A stretch of 32,000 nt of DNA from positions 270,001 through 302,000 of the forward strand of contig NC_014148.1 of NCBI RefSeq assembly GCF_000092105.1. Direction: 5' to 3'. Each line of letters begins with the position of its first letter. Positions within the stretch are counted from its first letter, which is position 1. Positions 26,512-32,000 of the stretch are shown here, piece after piece. The notes under the pieces were generated by a model. The model was given only the letters and a program-made list of their open reading frames with translations, was not told the DNA's origin and ran no database searches. A program made the translations under genes and the position numbers. This DNA is from Planctopirus limnophila DSM 3776 (GTDB taxonomy: Bacteria > Planctomycetota > Planctomycetia > Planctomycetales > Planctomycetaceae).

Positions 26512-27318
26512 TTAACTGGAGATGATATCTTCCTGAGCAAGATTCATCCCGGTGGAAGCCTGGAGCCTGGCGATTTCAGGGGGAAGTTCATCGGCACTGT
26601 GAGGCGCTGGTTTCCCTTCCAGTTCAGATAAGGCATTGGCCGCGGCCTTCTGCTCGGCCTCTTTTTTGTTGATCCCCCAGGCGGCAGCGTAAACCACTTC
26701 ACCCAGTGCAGCCGAGACTTTGAAATACTTCAAATGGTCTGGCCCATATTCCTTCAGCAGATCGTAGCGCGGAGTTTCGCCCAAAGTCTTCTGGGCGTAT
26801 TGCTGCAGAACACTTTTATAGTTGCGGCCATATTCGGCACCGACCATCTGTTCGACATGAGGCTCGATCAGTCGAATAATGAACTCTTTAGCCGCATCAA
26901 AACCTCCATCGAGAAAGACAGCAGCAATCACGGATTCGAACGTCGCCGATAAGATAGAGACCGGGACATTGGGAGTTCCGCACAATCCCTTCCCAATGAT
27001 GACAAATTGATCGAGATGAAGTTCTTTCGCCAGCAAACCACAGACATGCCGGCTGACAACAAACGACTTGATCCGTGTCAGTTCGCCTTCTGTCGATTTG
27101 GGATATTTGCGAAACAGCAGATCACAAACGGCGGCACCAAGAATGGCATCGCCGAGAAATTCGAGTCGCTCATTCGATTCGAGCCGCGTTTTTGCAGCGG
27201 AGGCATGTGAAAGGGCCTGCATCAGCAATTCGGGCGAGCGAAAATGATAGCCCAGCCGGGCTTCGCATTCCGTCAGGGGCACTTGCCCGGCGGCCTCATC
27301 CATACATACTCCTGTCAT
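26512..27318 (-). CDS. rnc: Ribonuclease III
   Basis: Catalytic signature NERLEFLGDAILG. The C-terminal dsRBD (PRYDLLKEYGPDHLKYFKVSAALGEVVYAAAWGINKKEAEQKAAANAL) carries a ~35-aa tail. The likely start is ATG 27318 or 27303 rather than the ORF-track 27459. Confidence 0.9.
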   Translation of the reverse strand: MTGVCMDEAAGQVPLTECEARLGYHFRSPELLMQALSHASAAKTRLESNERLEFLGDAILGAAVCDLLFRKYPKSTEGELTRIKSFVVSRHVCGLLAKELHLDQFVIIGKGLCGTPNVPVSILSATFESVIAAVFLDGGFDAAKEFIIRLIEPHVEQMVGAEYGRNYKSVLQQYAQKTLGETPRYDLLKEYGPDHLKYFKVSAALGEVVYAAAWGINKKEAEQKAAANALSELEGKPAPHSADELPPEIARLQASTGMNLAQEDIISS

Positions 27319-27736
27319 GCGGACATGACTGGTCACTTGGGGAGGCTTTCCCAGTGACTCATCTGCCGCGAATCTGTTTTGCCAAACGAAAAATCTTCGG
27401 TGGCTCCGGGACTTATGCTCATTTCTGGCTGTTGACCAGACATGCCTGAGCAAAAGCAACCACCACTTTCGATGAAGCCTGGCAAAGCCGTCGACAAGAG
27501 TGGCGAGGGTCGGGTTCTCTGGATTTCAGAAGTACCGGCCACCGCCAGCCGTGTCCAAGCCGCTTGGCATCAGCTCATCATTTTCAGGCCAGACGTTTCG
27601 ATCGCTGACCTCGCCTATACTCTACCATGAGTGGGCGGGGCTGTCACAAGAGGGAAATCTCGATAGGTCGCAGGACTCACGTTTGCCTGCACTAAGTGAC
27701 CAGTCGATATCGATGAATGCATGATCGGACCGATGA

Positions 27737-28828
27737 TTGAACAATCGACATGACGTGAAGAACTCTATTCAAAAATCGATCCGATCACCTGGAGCTGCAC
27801 CTGGTTTTGATGCCTGGATGTTTATCGACTGGAGTGCGGCCAGTGTCCCCTCGCCCTCGCGTCCGACTGCTAATGCCATCTGGATTGCCACACAGCTTTC
27901 CTCACGAAAGAAGCCTGAATCGAGTTATTGTCGCACACGTCACGAGGCTTGCCGCCTGATGCGAGAGATATTTCGGCAATGCCTGAAGGCCGAGAAACGT
28001 TTACTTGTGGGAATCGATATTGCGCTGGGTGCGCCCAAAGGTTTGCCTCAAGCGTTAACCCGGCGGACCGATGCCGACTGGCGCGACCTCTGGAAAGAAA
28101 TCGAAGCTCAACTTTGCGACGATGAACAGAACACCAATAACCGCTTTGAAGTGGCGGCCAACTTCAACAGCAGAATTTCACCCCATCAATCCGGCCTGAA
28201 CTTCAGGAAAGCCACTCGCTCATCAACTTCACTGTCCTCAACGGCGGTCGGCGCAATCTCTTGCGAATTGGCTCATGGCATTCAAGGACCCTATTGGGGA
28301 ACTCCCCATGCACGCGCTGGCAGTCTGACTCCACCCTATTCACCAAAGTTTCCCTTTCGCACGACCAGCGGAATTCTGCTCCCACGTCAAAGGTTTGTCG
28401 AAACGCTTGCACCCGGAACTCAGGAAACGTGGAAGCTGTGCGGGATTGGCAGCGTCGGAAGTCAATCGCTGACAGGTATTGCCCGGTTGGAAGCGTTCCG
28501 CAAGGATCCGGACTTTCAGCCACATCTGTGCATCTGGCCTATGGAAACCGGCTGGACTGTGCCGGAACAACGACCTTTGATTCTTTTCGCAGAGATCTGG
28601 CCGGGCTTACTCAAACAGGAAGTCGCGACGCAGCAGGCGCTCGAACCCGGGCGGATTCGCGATGAACTTCAGGTGCTTGCATGGTGCCGCTGGGCACAGG
28701 CGATGTCTCGAAATCAAACGCTTTCCAGTTACTTCCGAGTGCCTCAGGGTTTGACAGAATCTCTCCAATCAAATGCAGTCACGACAGAAGGGTGGATTCT
28801 GGGAGTGACGAACACCAAGCTCGCATAA
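27737..28828 (+). CDS. Conserved hypothetical protein, possibly DUF429-like (RNase H-fold) family
   Basis: The N-terminal beta-strand motif WMFIDWSAAS and a later VGIDIALGAPKG motif resemble DUF429-type proteins. Other motifs: NNRFEVAANFN, GPYWGTP, GSVGSQSLTGIARL, IWPMETGW. The start is uncertain (TTG 27737, GTG 27755 or ATG 27818). Confidence 0.5.
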   Translation: MNNRHDVKNSIQKSIRSPGAAPGFDAWMFIDWSAASVPSPSRPTANAIWIATQLSSRKKPESSYCRTRHEACRLMREIFRQCLKAEKRLLVGIDIALGAPKGLPQALTRRTDADWRDLWKEIEAQLCDDEQNTNNRFEVAANFNSRISPHQSGLNFRKATRSSTSLSSTAVGAISCELAHGIQGPYWGTPHARAGSLTPPYSPKFPFRTTSGILLPRQRFVETLAPGTQETWKLCGIGSVGSQSLTGIARLEAFRKDPDFQPHLCIWPMETGWTVPEQRPLILFAEIWPGLLKQEVATQQALEPGRIRDELQVLAWCRWAQAMSRNQTLSSYFRVPQGLTESLQSNAVTTEGWILGVTNTKLA

Positions 28829-28914
28829 GGTATGATACTGGAGTCAATCATCTGTCGGATGGTTCGGATATCGAGCATACGTAATGGATTTGATACAGGA
28901 GGAAGGCGACCACA

Positions 28915-29328
28915 ATGACTTTGAACGACTGGGCTTTGGAACTGGCAGATCTCGATGATCGCGACCGCATGGAAACCATTGTGGAACTCGCGGAGACTTT
29001 GCCACCCCTTTCCGCAGATAAGCAGGCAGCCCCACTTCCCGAAAACTGCCGGGTGCAGGAATGTCAGACACCTGTGTACCTCTTTGCTGAAGTTCGTGAT
29101 GGGCTGTTAACTCTGGAAGCTGATGTTCCTCGCAAATCGCCGATTGTGCGTGGTCTGGTGGCTCTTGTTGTGACCAGCCTGAATCAGCAACCTATTGATC
29201 AACTTCGGGATCTACCACTCGATCTGCTGGAAAAACTTCATCTGACCACGGCCCTCGGGATGACACGTCAGCAGGGCGTTCGCGGATTGATGCAACGAAT
29301 TCGACACGCGATCGAATCCTCCCGTTGA
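28915..29328 (+). CDS. sufE: SufE-like Fe-S cluster assembly sulfur acceptor
   Basis: Conserved Cys motif VQECQTPVYLFAEV and SPIVRGLVALVV. 137 aa. AGGAGGAAGG RBS. Confidence 0.8.
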   Translation: MTLNDWALELADLDDRDRMETIVELAETLPPLSADKQAAPLPENCRVQECQTPVYLFAEVRDGLLTLEADVPRKSPIVRGLVALVVTSLNQQPIDQLRDLPLDLLEKLHLTTALGMTRQQGVRGLMQRIRHAIESSR

Positions 29329-29355
29329 CGAATCCAGCCGATCCACTTGGAGTTC

Positions 29356-32000
29356 TTAATCCGAGGCTTTGGTGGAATCAGGAGAATTATTCTGGGGAGT
29401 GATTTCGATCAATTCCCGCTGACGTTTATTCGACACTCCTGCCCATCCCAGAATCCTTTGATCGAGCGAAAAAAGCTGACCCAACTGATATTCATCCTGC
29501 TGAGGAATCTCCATGGTTCCCTGGCCGAGAATGGTTCCACTGCGAGGGTCGAGCCAGACGATCTCCAGGTTTTTCTTGCCTTTGCTCGTTCGAGATCTTC
29601 GGGCCACGAGGAGTTGCTCTTCATCGAGCGCAACAGCATCGACCAACTCATTCATGGATGTCTGCCACACGATTTTTCCCGTCGCCCAATCAATGGCGAT
29701 CAGTCCATCGGTGGATCGCCCAATCCATAAAGAATTCACGATGCCCAGGCGGCCAATCAAACCATCGATCGGTAATGTCCACTGGACAGCCCCGCTCTCG
29801 GCATGCATGGCGATGACACCAGAAACACCCGGTGGTTCAACAAGCACCAGATCTCCCACTCGTGCCGGTGGATTCAAGATTTTGTTGAACTCGCGGGTAT
29901 CAATGCTTCGAGGCACCCAGACATGACGCCTGAGCCACAGGATTTCGCCACGATGAGTGATGCAGGCACTCAATCCCGGAGCCGTGATCCAGAGTTTCTG
30001 ATCAGAAATGGTCGAGGTGATGCTGAATTGCCCCGGGAGCACATCGCGAATCCGGATTAAAGGCACACTTTCGAGCAGCTTTCCACTTCTGGCATCGAGC
30101 ACATGCCATTCAATAGAGACGGCATCGCTTTCCACTGGTCGTTCGACGATCACTCCCAGTCTCGAAAAGAGGTACCAGCCATCGGAAAGCACACTGACCT
30201 TACGGTCTTCACTCCCTTCGTTGCCGCCGCGATATGTCCAGCGGATTTCACCACTTTCGAGATCGAGTGCTGCCAGTTCTACACCCTCTTTGACGAGACG
30301 TCGCACATACAGATGTGAGCCCGCCTGCACCGGGTTAAAGGGAAGGTGCGAGTAGGCAATGGCTGAGCCTGGTTCTTCATTGGCATCGCTTTGCCACTTC
30401 CGATTCAATGTGGCTCGATCCAAGGCCACCGTTCGCGAGCGATGATGAAGAATGAGCTGGTGGTCCGTCTCAAGGCAGGCTAACTGACGTGTCCACAGAT
30501 CGCCCTGTCGATACTCTGAACGATCCGCATCTTTTCCAGCGGGTGGATCAAAGGGAAAAACGACCTGGCTTTCCCAACTGTTGGCCACTGCCGGTACAGG
30601 CTGAAGAGCCACGTTTCGAGCTGTAGTTTCTGCTTCACCCCAGACATTCTGCTTGAGGAATTCGCGCGTCTGTACCAAACCCGCCCATGAAGTTCCCTGA
30701 AGTGCATCATCACGCAGGCGGAGTAGCGTTTTTTCCGGGTCAAAGCGATCTGGAAGTTTTGCTCCCAGGAGCCATTGCCGCAGTTGGATGGCATCCTCCA
30801 GTGTGGAATCCGGAATAGCGCCCGCCTTGGCAAAGTGCTCAATGGCATCCTGCCACTGGCCAGCCGAAAGTGCGCGATCACCCAGCCATAAATGGGCCTG
30901 AGCAGCAGCCATAGTTTGTGGAAACTGCAGCGTAATATTGCGAATGGAGATGATGTTGCCATCGGCCATGGCCTGACGAATACGCACATCGCCTGTGCTT
31001 CCCATCTGGTCACGCATCACTGCCAATAGTGACGGATATTGCTTCATGACTCGATCAATCGCCGCGGGTAATGAAACAAACAGATCAGGATCTGTCGCCA
31101 CGGGCAGGAGTTCTCCCTGATCTGTCGAAACCAGACTGGCAATGACCCGGCAACCATCCAGAAACGCTTCACCATCCAGAGCCGCCTGAAGTTCGGCACT
31201 GGCGTTGTATCCCTCTTTGCTCAATTGCAGCAGGAGTGGGTGCCGCCAGCTGCGTGACAGAACAGGAGCATCGCCAGATGTTGACGAGAGGGCCTGTAAC
31301 CATCTCATCCGCTTGACCAGCATTTCATATTGATAGGGTGGATTCTGATCCGGATGTGTCAGATCCCAGCGAGCCAGAAGTTCGTGAGAGGTTTTCAGTT
31401 GCTCGCTGGCTGAGCCAAGAAGTGCTGCGGTATTCAGGGCTTTGGAATCGCGCCGCACGAGACCATTCCATAGGGTGGTATGTGTCCAGAGTGGTGTGTT
31501 GGCCCAGAGAATCAGCGATTCATCGAGGTCGGGCCAGGCGGGTTGATCCACCGTATCAGCAGCAATCTGTCCAAATTGACCAGCCAGTTCTCGGGCACGC
31601 CATTCATCCCAGGCATGCTGTAATGGCAATAACCAGGCCATGGCTTTCAGACGTTCAACCGCAGGTCTTCGCCCCATGACGATTTGATTGATCAGCCGGC
31701 TCTGGAGCTTTCGAGACAGTTCTCGATAGATGGGCTGAGTTAATGACCAATACGCGTTGGCGAACCACCACTCTTCAGGATTGGTGCCGACAGGGCAATT
31801 CGTTTCCACCTGCTCGGACCACTTGGCTTCAGAGAGTGAGGGAGTCAACTCAGGTCGCGGCCCTTCATTGGCAAGTTTTGCCAGCAGGCTCCGATCGACA
31901 ATCGACTCGATATGAATCGCTGGCCGGATAATGAGTTGACCAATTTCAATGGCACGTGCTGCTTCTCCTCGCAGGCATTGCAGACCAATCGTGGCGACCG
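29356..32000 (-). CDS. Large TPR-like + PQQ-like beta-propeller protein, 5'-truncated by the window end
   Basis: The ORF track starts at TTG 31848. I translated the frame upstream and it stays open to base 32000 (..RAIEIGQLIIRPAIHIESIVDRSLLAKLANEGPRPE-LTPSLSE..). The C-terminal half has propeller motifs (GEIRWTY, GAVQWTL, GKIVWQT). The middle is helical-repeat-like. Confidence 0.75.
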   Translation of the reverse strand, partial: VATIGLQCLRGEAARAIEIGQLIIRPAIHIESIVDRSLLAKLANEGPRPELTPSLSEAKWSEQVETNCPVGTNPEEWWFANAYWSLTQPIYRELSRKLQSRLINQIVMGRRPAVERLKAMAWLLPLQHAWDEWRARELAGQFGQIAADTVDQPAWPDLDESLILWANTPLWTHTTLWNGLVRRDSKALNTAALLGSASEQLKTSHELLARWDLTHPDQNPPYQYEMLVKRMRWLQALSSTSGDAPVLSRSWRHPLLLQLSKEGYNASAELQAALDGEAFLDGCRVIASLVSTDQGELLPVATDPDLFVSLPAAIDRVMKQYPSLLAVMRDQMGSTGDVRIRQAMADGNIISIRNITLQFPQTMAAAQAHLWLGDRALSAGQWQDAIEHFAKAGAIPDSTLEDAIQLRQWLLGAKLPDRFDPEKTLLRLRDDALQGTSWAGLVQTREFLKQNVWGEAETTARNVALQPVPAVANSWESQVVFPFDPPAGKDADRSEYRQGDLWTRQLACLETDHQLILHHRSRTVALDRATLNRKWQSDANEEPGSAIAYSHLPFNPVQAGSHLYVRRLVKEGVELAALDLESGEIRWTYRGGNEGSEDRKVSVLSDGWYLFSRLGVIVERPVESDAVSIEWHVLDARSGKLLESVPLIRIRDVLPGQFSITSTISDQKLWITAPGLSACITHRGEILWLRRHVWVPRSIDTREFNKILNPPARVGDLVLVEPPGVSGVIAMHAESGAVQWTLPIDGLIGRLGIVNSLWIGRSTDGLIAIDWATGKIVWQTSMNELVDAVALDEEQLLVARRSRTSKGKKNLEIVWLDPRSGTILGQGTMEIPQQDEYQLGQLFSLDQRILGWAGVSNKRQRELIEITPQNNSPDSTKASD

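Noticed and set aside
27319-27459. 47-aa N-terminal extension of RNase III in the ORF track (MLLLRHVWSTARNEHKSRSHRRFF..)
   Set aside because: The extension is basic and low-complexity and is not part of the RNase III fold. The internal ATGs at 27318 and 27303 give a protein of normal length.
1-32000. Search by eye for CRISPR arrays, rRNA/tRNA, IS elements, integrases, prophage genes and known defence genes
   Set aside because: I saw no repeat-spacer periodicity, no transposase, integrase or recombinase motifs, and no long terminal inverted repeats. A computational scan (Infernal, tRNAscan, ISEScan, DefenseFinder) would be needed to exclude them formally.

Overview
The window looks like an ordinary chromosomal segment of a Planctomycetota-type genome. 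That assignment is inferred from gene content: PQQ-like beta-propellers with EDWPQW N-termini, a secreted prenyltransferase/HEAT protein, DUF4114, TadE/vWA sets, and a Ser/Thr kinase next to an ECF sigma. GC is roughly 50-55% by eye and was not computed. I can support about 25 protein-coding genes.

Clear housekeeping calls are dnaG, rpoD (adjacent to dnaG as in the macromolecular-synthesis operon, but with a 670-bp spacer and no rpsU), RNase III, a YgfZ/GcvT-like folate-binding protein, SufE, and a Sco1-DUF420 fusion behind an orphan ABC-2 permease. Envelope and surface genes include a 1220-aa AsmA-like protein, a TadE-vWA(TadG-like)-TadE operon preceded by a DUF4114 secreted protein, and two PQQ-like beta-propeller proteins. 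The last of these runs off the 3' end of the window.

I found no rRNA, tRNA, CRISPR array, transposase, integrase or recognisable defence gene.

The candidates most worth a second look are:
1. A same-strand string of TM-anchored coiled-coil protein, polytopic Ser/Thr kinase, orphan membrane protein and ECF sigma with no downstream anti-sigma (20.6-25.4 kb).
2. A tiny translationally coupled basic/acidic two-gene cassette in an AT-richer island (15.15-15.63 kb).
3. A 1.27-kb stretch upstream of dnaG with no convincing gene (3.0-4.3 kb).
4. Clustered short repeats in two intergenic spacers.

None of these can be shown to be novel from sequence alone. All functional calls rest on motif recognition by eye, not on database searches.
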